DNA from: the human T2T-CHM13v2.0 reference genome, Homo sapiens
DNA length: 64,000 nt
Strand: one strand, 5' to 3'
NCBI RefSeq assembly: GCF_009914755.1
Contig: NC_060927.1
Below the pieces are notes generated by a model that searched no databases, was not told the origin of the DNA, and saw only the letters and a program-made list of their open reading frames with translations. A program made the position numbers and the translations under genes. Shown here in pieces: positions 42,250-59,020 of this stretch; within the stretch, counting starts at the first letter, position 1, and each line of letters starts with the position of its first letter.

Positions 42250-43830
42250 TAGCTGAGCTTAACATGTCAAAGACAGACCCCTGGCCTCCGCTGCCAAAGC
42301 CGCTCCACCTCTGTCTTCCCTGTACAGTTGATTGCATCTTCATCCTTCCAGTTTGCTCTGAGGTCATTCTTGACTCCTCTTTTTTCTCTTACACCCCTCG
42401 TCTTGTCCATTAATAATTTTTATTGGCTCTATTTTAAAATATATCCAGAAAACGGCCCATTCCCTTACCACCTCCATGGTTCCCATGCTGGCCCAAGCCC
42501 TCATTATCTCTCATCTGAATTACAACAAAAGGCTCCCAGCTGCTCTCCCTTCTTCCATTCTTGCACCCTATGATCTGTTCTCAGCACAGTATTCAGGGTG
42601 ATCCTTTTAAATCACAGACACCTTATGGCACTCCTCTGCTTAAAATCCTGCAGTGTGTTTGAGTGGCTGTGGCTCTTAGATGGTTTCATTTTATGGGTCA
42701 ACTTGGCTAGACTATAGGAAGTGCTTATTCAATCAACAGTAATCTAGGTGTTGCTGTGAAGGTGTTTTGTAGATGTGGTTAACATGTACAATCAGTTCAC
42801 CTTAAGAGATTATCCTCGATAATGTGGGTGGCCCTCATCCAATCAGTTGGAAGGCCTTAAGAACAAAACTGAGGTTTCCCTGAGGAAGAAGAAATTCTGT
42901 CTCAAGACTACAGCGGTATCTTCTCACTGGAAGTTTTCAGCCTGCTGACTTGCACTACAAATTTCAGACTGGCTGCTCCCTAATCCCACAATCACATAAA
43001 CGAATTCCTTGAAATAAAGCTCTTTATATGTGTATATAGCTGTGTGTATAGATATTCAATACACATATGTACTTGTATTAATATATACATACATATTTTT
43101 ATATACATATACATAAACATTTATATATCTACATCTCCTATTGGTTCTACTTCTGGAGAACCCTGATACAGCCTCCCTGTGCCAAACATTGTCCATTTGC
43201 CCCTCCAGATCCACTCTCCTCCCATCTTCACCCTACTCTTCTTGGGTGGTTGACCTAAATGAATGCATCAACAATTGTCTTCCAGTTGCTTTTGGCCACG
43301 GGAAGCCCCTACAGGATACTGAAAACAGGGAGGAGAGTCCAGTCAGGGCATTTACTTTCCTGTCTCTTTCTCTGTGAGGTCACCTTGTGCTGACTCCTGG
43401 CTTCTAGTACCAACACCCTCCACACCTCCTTTGGGGACTAGAAGCAGTGACAGCCTGTCTGCCACTTTCTCTGTGTTACTGTACTATCCTTTGTAGCTTG
43501 CCTACTCTTCCTGGATAGTCCCTTTGTAAATAACCCCCCTTGAATCACTGTATTTTGACTGCGCTATTTTCTACGGGGGCCCTTACTGATAGGCTTTCCA
43601 TTTCACTCACAATGGCCCACTGGGCTCTTCAGGATCTACCCCACTTCCTCCTCAACAACCTCAGCTTCTACAACCTCCTGCTTGTTCATCCCATAGGCCT
43701 CTTTGCTGCTCCTAGAACATCCCAGGCATGTAAAGCTTCTCAAGGGCAAGAGTCTCTGTTTGGCTCACTGATAATATCCCACGTGCCTAGAACAGTCCAT
43801 GATAAGTAAATATTTGTTGTATAAATCGAA
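42250..43830 (+). mobile_element. L2 3' fragments, split by MLT2-like LTR
   Basis: ttaacatgtcaaagacagac, gtcattcttgactcctcttt, gtgcctagaacagt...taaatatttgttg. Confidence 0.65.
42679..43170 (+). mobile_element. ERVL solo LTR (MLT2C/D-like)
   Basis: gtcaacttggctagact...aatctaggtgttgctgtgaagg...cctattggttct...ggagaaccctgataca. Confidence 0.82.
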
Positions 43831-44353
43831 TAAAATAATCTCATTGATCCCCATTCCAACATCCTTCCTTGTTGCATCCATAACAGGTGTTCCACCTTCT
43901 GTCCTCATATAGCTCACCAAATAACCCCTAAGGGAAAAAAAATCTTGCCTCCTGTTACATGGCTCCACATCACAAAGTGACAATGCCCGTTTCCCTCATA
44001 TTTACTCCAGGGTGACTGAATACATATCTTGGGCAAGTGTGAAAATCACAATTTAGCCAGAGCCAAGTATCATCATCAAAAGGATAAGATTTACTATTAA
44101 TTCATCCTCAGAATATATAAAGAATTTCCCCAAAAAAAGTGCTTTTATTTTCCCCCAAAAGATTTATGGTCTAAACGGAAAGAAATACTGAAAACTTAAA
44201 TACATACCAAAGGTGATTTTATTTAATGTTATAAATGTTAGTTCAATATTCAATTCTATAAATGTTAGAATTATGATATAATCTCATCTCTATCATTCAA
44301 CCTTATATTACTTACATTTTCATAAGCACATGTTGACTCTAAAAGAAAATGTT

Positions 44354-44678
<325 letters not shown>

Positions 44679-45158
44679 CTATATAATATACTCTCTTAAT
44701 TCACATTAACTGTTAATCTATTTCCTTATTTGATGATTTGCAAGTTCAACCCAAAATGATTTTACACATATAATTAACAAAGTTAACACTAAAATTGCAG
44801 CATTATACTCTTTCATCTACAAGAAGCATAATACATATTTATATTTCAACTGACTAGCGGAATGTAAACAGAGAAAGCACATAGGAGCTTCAGTTAATGA
44901 TGTATCTGGAATGTTCACCTATACTGGAAAGTGAGTATTCAGAAACCAACAATAAACCCAAACAGCCTGCTGCTTTGTTCATGTCACCGATGTTGGTACA
45001 CTGACTGACTGATAGTCACTCAAGAGAATCATATGGTGAGAGATAATGACACACTCGGGGGGTGGAACGCAACTAGAGACATAGCAGGGGAGGACACAGG
45101 AAGAGAACATCTTTTTCAAATGTAGAATTCTACAGAGTACAAAAACTTAGAAGTCTCC

Positions 45159-45823
<665 letters not shown>

Positions 45824-47519
45824 TCTCCTTTTACCAGAAATCTTTGGAAACAAGTTGATACTTTTCTTCGGAGATTTATCATTTCTATGCTGTTCTGCCC
45901 AGAAGCAGGTGGATGGAGCTATGAATTGATTAATCAATTCATTCTTTCACTCACCTACTACTGTATGTGTCAACCACTATGTTAGCTACCAGGAAAAAGG
46001 CCTTGGCCTTAAGAGATTTATAGTTTAGTAGGGAAGGCAGATTAATAAACATGATTATAATACAGGGTGATAAGTGCTATAATAAAGATGTCCCCGAATG
46101 CTATGGGAACACAGAGGAAGTGGACATCAGGTGTGTACTAGGGTACACAGAGGTAGTTAGGAAGACTGTCTGATAATTCCCTTCTGACTTCATAATTCTG
46201 TTACTTCTAAGAAATACAGTTTTATTTGCAGATGTATGTAGTTGAGATTGATAGGGAATAATAAAATGATATATGCATTGCTAAGATTTATAGGAACAAA
46301 TTTTCATATATCTAAGATTTATGGGGCATAAAATAAGTTCATTAAAATTATAATATCATAACAAAAACAAGCATATTGGGCATCTCCTGGAGTAGCTGCC
46401 TGGCTCCTAATGATCCCCTTGTTTAAAAAATATTTTAACCACAAATACACGTATCTTTAAACAAGGCGTAAGTTGTAACCACTAAAGCGCAATGGCTCAA
46501 GCTCCCAGCAGCTGATGACTGTGCCAGCATCCTCTTCAAAATGCCAGTTGTTTGGGAGCAACTCCAGGCGACATCTACATTGGCCTAGAAAGCAGTCTGG
46601 CTTCCTGGTAACAGTGTTCACCAGGTTTTTTCTCTTTTACTTCTGGAAAACAGTTTGGCGATTCCTCAAAACCTAAATTATCACATGATCCAGCAGTTCC
46701 ACTCCTGACTACAAAATGCAAAGGAAGTGAAAGCACTGCATGGTTCAAAATACTCAAAATAGCCAAAAGGTAGAAGCACACCCAAGTGTCAATCAACAGA
46801 TGAATGTATAAATGAAATGTCCTTGCTGATGGAAGTACTCTGAACAGACCGATGAAGAGGAAATCTCTGTCTATTCCAAGGGTGCTCCTTCTTGATGTTC
46901 TTAAGATTCCCCACAACAAAGGTTGCAGAGAGTTGTGAATGGAGATGATGAAAACAGTTTCCTCCCAACTCTGCACCACAGTGCAGAGTTCTGGCACCCA
47001 GAACCCAAGGCAACATTACTCATAAAAACAGACCCTTCAGCTCCCTCCTCCCCGCTTCACATCCCCAAAGCATCTCTCAAAAGTCAAAAACCAAAGAAAC
47101 CAAACATAAAGAAGCAAACCAAACCTACCACCCTCACCACAGGAACTAACCTTAATCCATGAGCAAGGCCTTTCCATTCATAAACATCCAGGAGACATTT
47201 TGTGCTTTACTTATGATGGGCAAGAAGCCTCAGAGATACTGTCTGCTGCCACATAATAAATCATTGCACCCAAAGGAGTGGTGACCTCAGTTTCTCCAAG
47301 AACCATCAGTGGGTAGACTCTTTGCATCATCTAGGTTTCCACTCAAATGTCACCTCATCAGTGTCATTCTTACATCACCATCCTATTTTGTGGTTTCTCT
47401 CCTGCTTCTAGAATGTAAGCACCATTAGTGCAGGGACCTTCTCACTGTGTGCCCAGGATGTGAAACAGGCCATGGCACATAAGTGTTCAATAAGTATAAT
47501 ATTTCATGAAGAAATAATA

Positions 47520-48260
47520 TTTTTTGAGTATTTACCATTTGCTAGGCACTGTTCTTAATGCTGTACACACAGTAATTTCAGTCCCAAAGCAATCCTATGA
47601 GGTAGGGAGTATCATTATCCACATTTTATAGATGAGGAAACTGAGGCACAGGGAGGTTAAGTAGCAAGCCCAAAGTCATACAGCTCGTAATTGTTACAGT
47701 AATCTCCTGCTGCACAACAAACCACCCCCAAATTTAGTGGCTTAAAATAATAATGTACTCTTATTTGTTATGGTTCTGTGGGTCACTGGTCTCAGCTGGA
47801 TGGTTCTAGCTTGAATTCTCTCATGCATTTACTACCAGTTAGGAGCTTGGGCTTGAGTCATCTGAAGGCTCACTGGGCTAGCCCTTCAACATGACTTCAC
47901 TCACATGGTTGGCACCTCAGCTGAGAAGACTGGAACTACTAGGAGCTTTCTGGGCCTCTCTCTCTCCACAAAGCCTCTCTACATGGCTATGTTGGGCATC
48001 CTCACAGCATGGTGGGCCTTATATGGCAGCTTCTTATGTTCTTGCCCCAGAAGTCATGCAATGTCACCTCTGCTCCATCCAATTTGTTCCAAAAGCAAGC
48101 CCAGATTCAATGCTGGGGGATGCCAGAAAAAGGCATGAATACCAGGAGGTGTGGTGATTGGGGAGGTCATCTTTGGAGACTCACCAGCACAACAGTGGAA
48201 CTAGCATTTGAACCAGGCTGTCTGGCTCCAGAAATTACACTCTTAGAAAATACACTCTTA
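47520..48260 (-). mobile_element. MIR interrupted by MLT1-type LTR (about 47692-48191, minus strand)
   Basis: MIR core gatgaggaaactgaggcacagggaggttaag resumes as gcatttgaaccaggctgtctggctccaga after the LTR. Confidence 0.7.
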
Positions 48261-49849
48261 ACCACCATATCATGTTGTGTCTCTATTAGGAATAAATGAA
48301 TACAGTCTTTACTTAATTTATGTAATTAGTGGGGCCTATTCTGATGATTTGGGACTCCAAAGGTAAATTAAAGTCTCCATCTATAAACAGAGAAAATTAT
48401 TTGCAATTTTTAACTGACAATCTTTTCTCTACTTTGAAAAGTCTTAACGGTTATGGAATGCCCTTGGTTGATGATGGGGTAGGCAGTGGCTGGTTGAAGT
48501 AGGGAGGGTTTGGAAGCAATTCTGTGGACAAAGTCCATGATCTTATGAAAGATCATATTTTAAATGAAGAAAGGACATAGTGAGTAGGAATGGGTATTTC
48601 CAATGGGAACTCCCCATGCTCCAAATGGATTACCAACCAGCTTGAAACAAGTTGGCTTGTAGACAAGTTCTGCACAAACACCACACTTCTATTCCTTATT
48701 ACAGACCTGGAAGGGAGGTTAAAAAATAAATAAATAAAGCAACACTACCATTTATTGAGTGCCTGCTTGTGCCAAGCACTGTGCTAAGGGACTTTCATCT
48801 ACTGCCTCCTTCAGTCTTCAGATTAACCTTACAAGGCATGTTTGACCATTATATCCAGGATACTAACTTTAGAAAGTCCCAGAAACTTAATCACATACCT
48901 AGTAAATTAAATGGCTGAACAGGGATTTGAACTATGTCAGTCTGACTCTCCAATGCCCATTCTTCTAGTAACTGAGCAGTATCACACGTACTACCCTGAA
49001 CCATGGTCCCTGTCACCCTGTGCCACTGTTCATTGTTTCTGGGACATCTCCCCAATGAGTAAGAGCCTCCTTACCTCGCCCAGCCCCATTCAGGAATGTG
49101 ATTTTTCAATTATTGCTGTTTCTGTGCCCAATCCAGCACCTGATCTCTGGTAGGTACTTTACAGTTTTAATGAATGAATGAATGACAATTTATTTGGAGG
49201 AGCTCAACTGTAGCCCAGGGATTTCAGAAGGTCTGTGTCTAGCAATCAAACCCTTATCATTCATTTCCAGGAGCATTTAGCAGGAGTAAAATTGCCCCTG
49301 GGTTCCCTGTGCTTTTCTTCTTGACAGTCTGGTCCATGTAACAGCCCATCTTTGATTAAATGGTCTCTCCCTCCCTTCACATTTTTGAAAACACTATTTT
49401 ATTATATGCAGTACTCAGGAGCAGCTTGGGGGTGAGGTGGTAAAAGAGAGGTGATATTTAGTGGCAGGGCTTGTGCTTTGGGCAGTTATAATTCCAACTC
49501 CCCACTTCTCTGTGGGTGTTCCATTTATTTCGGGATGTTTATATTTGTTTCTTAAAGACTTGCCATACTGACTCTCGTGATCGACCAAATAATGTATCTG
49601 AGAAAAACACTTATTTTCTCCAAAGTTCCTAGACTAAGAAACTCAAGAGTCCCTCAAAGTGCTATTGCCACCGTTGATAAAGCTGTTAACTCATAAGGTG
49701 CAACTGTCTAAGTTGAGAGTGGGGATTACAGTTTTCGTAAGATTGAAGAACAATCCATACACTAACATTTCTACGTACAAGAAACATGGGAAAGCGACAG
49801 CACACAAAAGCACTCTCCTGACTCTAAGCAGAGCAATGTGGGAAAAGAA

Positions 49850-50107
49850 ATCCCACTTTGGGAGACCAAGGCGGGCCGACTGACTTGAGGTCAGGAGTTT
49901 GAGATCAGTCAACATGACAAAACCCTATCTCTACTAAAAATACAAAAATTATCCAGGCGTGATGGTGGGTGCCTCTAGTCCCAGCTACTGGGTGGCTGAG
50001 GCAGGAGAATCTCTTGAATCCAGGAAGCGGAGGCTGCAGTGAGCTGAGATCACGCCACTGCACTCCAGACTGGGTGAAAAGTGAGACTTTGTCTCAAAAA
50101 AAAAAAA
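49850..50107 (+). mobile_element. 5'-truncated AluS
   Basis: Begins at cccactttgggag, ends in A tail. Confidence 0.9.
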
Positions 50108-50930
50108 CCCGAAAGAACTTCTTAGAATTAGGAGCCCTTTAAATGTTTCTCTGGTCTTCAGCATTAAGCAACCAATAAATGAGACTGTTCCCTTTTTTAC
50201 TGTCAAAACCTGAGAGATTTTAAGGCATTTTCAAATTTATGGTACAATTCTTATTTGCCATAATTTCACATCATAAATTTAACTCTGGAGGTGGTCAAGG
50301 GATATAAAAGTAATTTAATCTGTCTTTTAAATAATCTTAAAAATCCTTTCTGAGTGTTTTAATTATACTAAATGCCTTCTTGATTTACACTACTTTAAAA
50401 AAAGTGTTATCTTTATGTTCTATTTTTATAGTGATGTTTCAGGAAAGAATGATTTTTGTTTGGTATGAATATGTTATTAAAGAGAATCCCTTTCAGAAAA
50501 AAAAAATACATGAAGACTTCATTTTCATGTTTGCTCATTTTCTTTTCTACTCATTAAACCTCTTCTAAGACATCTGCTTGAACACAGCACTAAAAATACA
50601 AGCAGTACAAATAAGTATATTTATAAAACATAAAGTTTTCAATCAATAAAAACACTTGATTTCCGTGTGAAAGAGCAAAGAAAAAGAAAACAAAAACAAG
50701 CAACAGAAGCCTTCAAAAGCAGGCAGAAAGCTAAACAAATTTAGAAAAACTGGACTGAGGCCCCAGTGGGAAAATGTCACCTACAGTGCTTGCTTATTTA
50801 TTTAGGATTTATATTTGCCCTGCTTCCCAGAAAAATTTAAGGCAATAATGAAAACTTTTTAATTTTTCTGCTATCTTAATAACTGACATCTAATTGAACA
50901 GCTTATGTGCCATAAGAATTGTAAAGTTTT

Positions 50931-51360
<430 letters not shown>

Positions 51361-52691
51361 TTAGTTATACTCATTTTTACTATTCTTACATAAAAATAAT
51401 ACTAACTCAAGCATTGGGTTAAATTACTATTCAGGCAACTGAAATAATGAGCCTAGTGCAACCAATGTATACATATACATTAAAAAAAAAAAAAGCCCAC
51501 AGTTAAGATTGAAATTTAAGTCTCTATATAATTCTAAATCCTACGTGCAGTTTAAAGCCAAGAAATATGTGTTTAAAGTCAAAATTCCATTCCCCTATCT
51601 GTCCTGCTGTGGTTATACCAGGCAAATAATAGTTACAGTAATTTTAGAACCCCTTGCCATACCCTTAGGTATAATTAAGTGACTTCAAAGTTGAGTTCCT
51701 GCCTAAATTCACTATTTGTTTTCTCAAATTATACACCCAGCACTGATCTTACTAGACTATCACTATGTCTCAATTTTCACAAACCCTTTGCTCACCACTG
51801 CTGACTTTCTTCTCATGAAGCCATATAAAAGTTATCGGGAAGACATAAATCCCAATCACATTTTTAATCTACTAGTTCCTTCAACTAAATAGGAATGCCA
51901 TTTAAAATTGATCAGGCATCTGGAGGATGGATTAAGTATGATGACTTTAACATATGTAAGTTATAAAATTGCCCTCAAGGCAATGTTACAGGAATGGCTT
52001 CACGTAATTGTTTATTAGGCATCTTTGGAAATATCAAGGCACATGTAAAATAACCCTGGGAAGTCAAACAAATCCTTACAAAGGATACAGTAACAACTTA
52101 TCCAGTCTTAGAGTAGCACACAAGTAAAACGGGTCATACTCTTTGCACGAAGCAATAATTATTTTTATCTTAACTAATCTTAAGATCTTCAATAATTTTT
52201 AAAAGTGAAAATAAGCTTTACTCCAAATTATCAACACTTAAAACTGCTTACAGTGGGCATTATAATAATTTACACACATAACTGTTACCAATTCTCTTGT
52301 CTAACTGCTCCCCACAAGATTATAAACTCCCTGAGGACAGAAATTATGCCTTGTCTTTCTACCCCCACAGTCCAGTGCAATGCCTACTACACAGGAAGTG
52401 CTCAAAAACTCTTGGTGAATATTTGATAAATAAGTGCATGAGAGTATAATGGTATCCCTGAGTCAGAAAGTTGTGTGCTACCCTTTGTATACCATTTACA
52501 AGTATGACATTAGTTAAGACACAAGTTCTTTAGACTTCAATTTCCCCATTTATGAAATGGTCATACTAAGGTCTGTCACCCCAACCCCAGAGAATCAGAT
52601 GCAAATAAAATAATTCAATATATTTGAAGGTATACCAAAAACTATATATACTATTATTATTTTTAGTTCCATGATTTCTATCACAAGTATA

Positions 52692-53023
52692 CAGTCATGC
52701 ATTGTTTAATGATGGAGATATATTCTGAAAAATGCATCATTAGGTGACTGTTGTGCAAATATCACAGAGTGCATTTATACAAACCTAGATTGTATAATCC
52801 ACCACACACCTAGGCTATATAGTATAGCCTATTGCTCCTAGGCTACGACACTGTACAGCATGTTCCTGTACTGAACACTGTAGGCAAATGTAAAACAATG
52901 GTAAATATTTGTGTATCTAAACACAGAAAAGGTACAATAAAAATATGGTAATATAATCTTATGGCACCACTGTCATATATGTGGTAGTCATTGACTGAAA
53001 TATTGTTACGGGATATGTGACTG
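52692..53023. mobile_element. Tigger3a/MER7-type DNA transposon fossil
   Basis: TA TSDs, termini CAGTCA...TGACTG, internal taggctata-tag-tatagccta palindrome. Confidence 0.85.
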
Positions 53024-53149
53024 TATTTCACTCTAGCTGAACAGAAAAACAGATGTAATTATAAAGATGGTAATACTTGAGTTACCTGGAGAATCTGAAG
53101 ATCTTTCTATGTAAGACAACTTACGCTTTTTTCTTCATGGAGTAGCTAA

Positions 53150-53588
<439 letters not shown>

Positions 53589-53819
53589 TCTCCCATATTT
53601 TCTTCATAAAGGGATAAAAAGTTGTATTCTAGGTGGACCCCAAGACTAAATTTTTGCTCTATGTTTGCTGATTTTTCTCAGGCTAGATTTATGCTGAGAA
53701 TAACTGAAACCTTAAATAATTGGCTAATTTCAGTACTTTTAAATTATAAATAATAAAAACCTAATGATTTTTAACAATAGGACCACATACATGGATTGCC
53801 TCATTTTATGTTTGTTTAT

Positions 53820-53987
53820 CATTATTATTATACTTTAGAGAAGAGGTCTCACTCTGTCGCCCAGCCTGGAGTGCAACGGTGTAATCACAGCTCACTCCAG
53901 GAGCCTTGAACTCCTAGGCTCAAGCGATCCTTCTGCCTCTGCCTTCCAAAGTGCTGGGATTACAGGCATGAGCCACTGCACCTGGCC
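53820..53987 (-). mobile_element. Alu monomer (FRAM-like)
   Basis: Single arm of about 165 bp. Confidence 0.8.
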
Positions 53988-54161
53988 AGATCATCGCCTT
54001 TTAAAAACAGATTTGTAAATTATGCCCAGTTTTAAATCTAAGAACAGAATCAATTCCAGCGATCTCTGCATAACAATTGCTGTTTCAGTTAGATAACATA
54101 ACAGCAGTTGCATTAGACATTCAGATGTGATATTTGGTTTTAAGTTTGGAAACCAATTTTA

Positions 54162-54462
54162 GGCAGGGCGCAGTAGCTCACGCCTGTAATCCCAGCACTT
54201 TGGGAGGCCGAGGCGGGTGGATCACGAGGTCAGGAGATCGAGACCATCCTGGCTAAGATGGTGAAACCCCATCTCTACTAAAAATACAAAAAATTAGCTG
54301 GGCATAGTGGTGGGCGCCTGTAGTCCCAGCTACTTGGGAGGCTGAGGCAGGAGAATGGCATGAACCTGGGAGGCGGAGCTTGCAGTGAGCGAGATTGCGC
54401 CACTGCACTCCAGCCTAGGCAACAGAGCGAGACTCCGTCTCAAAAAAAAAAAAAAAAAAAAA
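54162..54462 (+). mobile_element. AluY
   Basis: AluY diagnostics, TSD ggaaaccaatttta. Confidence 0.94.
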
Positions 54463-54663
54463 GGAAACCAATTTTAAACAAAAATTCCTATATACCTGTT
54501 CAAGGAGAGTTCCCAGAAGATTCTAGGCTTTAAGTTTCCTCTGGTTTGCAGTTACTATAAACAAAGCTTCAGCTGGTTTCACTCAGCCACCCATACCATA
54601 TGCAGCCAAAGTCAAACTCTAAATAGAGTTGCTTTCACAAGGTCTTATTTTTGCTATTAATGT

Positions 54664-54924
<261 letters not shown>

Positions 54925-56065
54925 GTATGTCTACTTTTCTTTAAAAAAAAAAAAAACACATATTTGTGTCGAATCATCAATATGTATCTCTAATTCCATT
55001 ATGGGAATTATAAAATGAACAAGTTATGAATGAAAATATCAAGGAACAGAGGTATTGATGATTTGCCGAGTTTGCAATGAATTTATAATGAAGCTATTAA
55101 CGGAATGGTGATCTTTATGCCAGGGGTGCCTGTGGAGCACAGAACGTAAGATGCCTGGTGGGCTTTGTCTCACTTCCCACTCAGGGCCTTGGGAACACAT
55201 CCTAGCAGGTAGCTCCCCATGTGTTTATCACCTCTAAATTCGCCTATGTGTCTCCTGCACCCAGCACCATGCTTCATGGGCTCTTCTAAATGTGTCCTGC
55301 CTATGTTGCAGTGAAATACATCACACCAGCTGTGTTTTTGTTCACAGTGGTCCACTCTCCCCTACTTCTTTTATGGATCTCAGAGATTTTTTACTGTTGT
55401 CTCCTGCATACAATCTCAAACTGCAGAAGAACCACTGTAATAGAGGGGTCCAGGTGGTGGGATGTCAACTTTTGGAGTTTCATTTCTTGCTGCAGGGCTT
55501 AATACAGGTGGGAGTTATTGGTTCTGGTTCTTAAATAAATTAGGGTGACTTATGCCTCACCCCAACCCTATTGTTCTTCCAAGCCTGCTTAGAAGACCAG
55601 TCACTACTTTCCAAAGGATTATATATACCTTAGCTGTCAAATCACATTTAACTCATACCCACGTCCCCGTATTTGAGAATTAGGGGATTTTATGCAGATG
55701 CCTTTTAGGTTATAGTCCCCAGAATCAACTCCTACAGTAAACTAAGAAACTCTCAACCCCATCATGGATTACAAAATATTCAACTATTTCTTAACACCCA
55801 AATTCTCTAATTTAGTCTCTAAGCATACATTTTTGAGAACACATACAGTAAAAGTAAAAAACCTAAGACCTGTTAAGGCCATCAACTCTTGGTGATAAAG
55901 CTGAGTCAAGAGTCTTGAGTTCCAGTTACAGCTCCAACAACTACAAAGAACCAGTAGCAGCTTCCCTATTTGCAAAGCAGAAGTACAACTAAGCAGCACA
56001 GAGCACCTCTGTCCTCAACATTTTACGTGAGTAAAATTAAGCATAAAATTTTTCTATTAATAGCA

Positions 56066-56245
56066 CAGCACTGTCCACAAGAAAAATTGTGATGACAGAA
56101 ATACTATATTACATATTGTCCAGTAAGGCAGCCACTATCCACATGTGGCTATTGAGCACTTGAATGTGGCTAGTATGACTAAGAAACTAAATGTTTAACT
56201 TAATTTACATTTAAATAGCCAATACAGTGTGTTGGAACAATGCAG
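56066..56245. mobile_element. MER3/MER33-type hAT-Charlie fossil
   Basis: cagcactgtcca...gcagccactatccacatgtggctattgagcacttgaatgtggctagt. Confidence 0.75.
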
Positions 56246-56739
56246 CTGTCTAAGAAATTGCTATAAAAATTTTAAAGTACTATAATGTAAGGACACATCT
56301 AAATTTCCAATCTGCAGGCTGTACTTTCGCATCAGAAAGTCCAACACGAAGGACTGGAAGTTTGGTGGTAACAACTAGGATTCACCTTTCTTAAAGCAAA
56401 AGTTAAAATCAGACATTTCCCATTCTTGCATTGATATGATAGAGTTTAATGAAAACCATTTAGCGGTGAAAGCTACCATGCTGGGACACATCTCCAGTTT
56501 GGACGAACAGAATGGGAGGCCAGTGAGTGAAAGCAAGATATTTCCCCCCAGCTACAGGAACTACAGTTTAAGGACCACTCTGAGGCTTTCCCATCTCCAG
56601 CGGCCTCTGTGATATTTTAATAAAAGTGATACTGAATCACTCAATGGGAACACTATTCTTGGTTTACTGACTGCAGGAACAGAAAAATGGGCTGGACCAA
56701 CCAGCGTGGGAAAAACCTTTAATAGATGGCCTTGGACAA

Positions 56740-57200
56740 GGCCATAGTAGAGCACAGTCCTGTCTGGAATGGCTAAGCAGGGAGACAGAGCCTGGTGCAT
56801 GTATCCTTCTAGCTGGTGCCACTATATCCTAACCGCAGGCAGAGCTGCTGAGAAAACACTGTGGGCAGAAGACTCCGCATTTCTTCATCTTCTCTGCTAC
56901 CACCTTGTCTACTCCACCATCTTCCCTCTCCTGGATACCACAACAGCTTCCTAATTGGTCTCTCTGCCTCTACTCTTAACTCCCTACAGTTCATCTTCCA
57001 CGCAGACACCAGATAAGCTCATTCCTCTGCTTAAGATCTTCCAGTGACTCCTACTCAAAACAAAATTCAAACTCTCCACCGTGGCCTACAGAGTCCTGTT
57101 TACCTTCTTCGCTTCTCTTCCCACTGTCCCCTTGCTCATTCCATTCCAGCCACTCCAACCTCCTTAATTTGTTCTTCAGACAAATCAAGCTTCTTCCCAC
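56740..57200. mobile_element. L2 fragments
   Basis: caacagcttcctaattggtctctctgcctc, tcattcctctgcttaag, caaaattcaaactc. Confidence 0.6.
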
Positions 57201-58911
57201 TCAGGCACTGAGTTGAAGCATTTTACACTATCTCATTTTGTCTTCACAGTAATCCTAAGGTTTAAAGGAGGTAGATCCTGGACACACAGTTTATGGCGGT
57301 GAAACTGGAATTTGAATCCAGGGAAGTGACTGCTGAGCTCACAGGCTTTCCCTTCACAGGACATCCAGATGGAGCATCCATTTAACTTCCCCACTCCCAC
57401 ACAGGAAATCATGCCTCTCCTGAGGCAAACCGTTCCTTTATCAAGGAAAGCTTTCACTGGACGTGCCCCCCAACCCCAGTCAAAGTGTAAAGTCACATCA
57501 ACCTGTCCGCAATACTCAGAACACATGGCCAACCATGAATTTCTACTTGGGCACATGACGCCTCTGAGCCATTGATTTTCTAGGGTCGTTTAAAACTTAT
57601 GGCCATTTAATTACATTTAAAACACAATCACGACATGAAAATCAAGCTGCTTTTATTTTTGTTTCAGAGACTTATTTGACATTTATGTTAATAGTATTTC
57701 AAACTTATTTTCTATGACTTCTTTCCTGGCCACATGTGCTATAATAACATAATGAAATCTGTACCAGTTTGTGACATGGTTGGCATTTTACAAGAGGCCG
57801 TCAAGGCATGTAAGAGCTGAGTTTTATATTATGGAAGGGGACCTCTCATATCTGCCTGCAAAATGACCTCAGTGGGAATACCTTATTGCAAAGTAGGTTT
57901 TACTTTTACATAAAGTTGGGCTTCCCGACTGTCTGATCAAGTCAATTTCTATAATTGTTTCAGGCCTCAGCTTCCCCATCTATAAAATAGGGATGATAAT
58001 AGATACTTTCTCATACAGTTGTTTTGAGGATTCTGGGTGATTATACTTGCTAACTACTTGGCATGGTAAATGCCTGGCACACAGTAACTGCTAGTTTACA
58101 CATTCAGTGGGGGCTACTTTTTAAAAAATCTAAGTCCTCCAGTGGCACAATCTGACTGAAAGAAGCTCTCAGTGAACCAACGTATTCAATTACTAAACAA
58201 CTTCCCAACAACGAAAAAGTGAAGAAGGTAACAGTCAATGCTATGCTGACTGGAAAGATGACTCACTCTAGTTGACTCTAAATCAGTTAAAAAATATATG
58301 GCTGTCTCTAAATCCAGCTTATCTTGACTCAGCATAATCTATGTTATTACTAATCAGCATGGACTTTTTATTGGCCCTTGGCTGCTATTTAGATTCCCAC
58401 CCCCCCATTCTCTATTCTTAGACTGCCTTTAGAGGTGGTTTCAACCCAGGAACATTAAGTGGGCTTTTTTTATTTTTTTTCTTTTTCCTTTCCTAATGAG
58501 CATAGAGTAGTCAAAGCACTATCTTTGATCTTCCATTTCCCACTGGGAATTTATGAAGGCACGAGCAACAAAAAACTTATGAAGGTCATTACAACAGGCC
58601 TTTGACTGAAAACAGCTTTAATTATGAATCTATAAAACTCAACTGAGTCACACTGGGCTTTCAGAAACACATCTGCTCTGAGAATTTATTCCTTCAAGCA
58701 TTATCTTGTGCCCTTTGTAATCACTAATGCAGGACACGACTAGATCTATTATATTAATAAAAATCTTCCCAATAGTTGGGGTAAATCCAACATTTCACTA
58801 TTTCAGGCATTTGCCTCTTACTCAAATCCTAACACCAGAGGAAAAAGGCAGCAGCCTCACACTGTTGCCAACACCCACTTCCAGGAGAATACCTTTTTAA
58901 AAAATGCTTAC

Positions 58912-59020
58912 TGTGATTTTCCAAGTACATTTGCTATTTGGAGGGTACACTCCAGGAAAACCTTCACTGCCAATAAATCCAGACTCTCCAGTAAGAATGC
59001 CACCACATGTGAAAACAGGT
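58912..59020 (-). CDS. PCOLCE2: PCOLCE2 coding exon 2 (CUB1 N-terminal part)
   Basis: (R)[36 protein letters not shown]. Acceptor TTCCCAG|A, donor ACA|GTAAGC. 109 nt, phase 2 to 0. Too short for the ORF track, read manually. Confidence 0.96.
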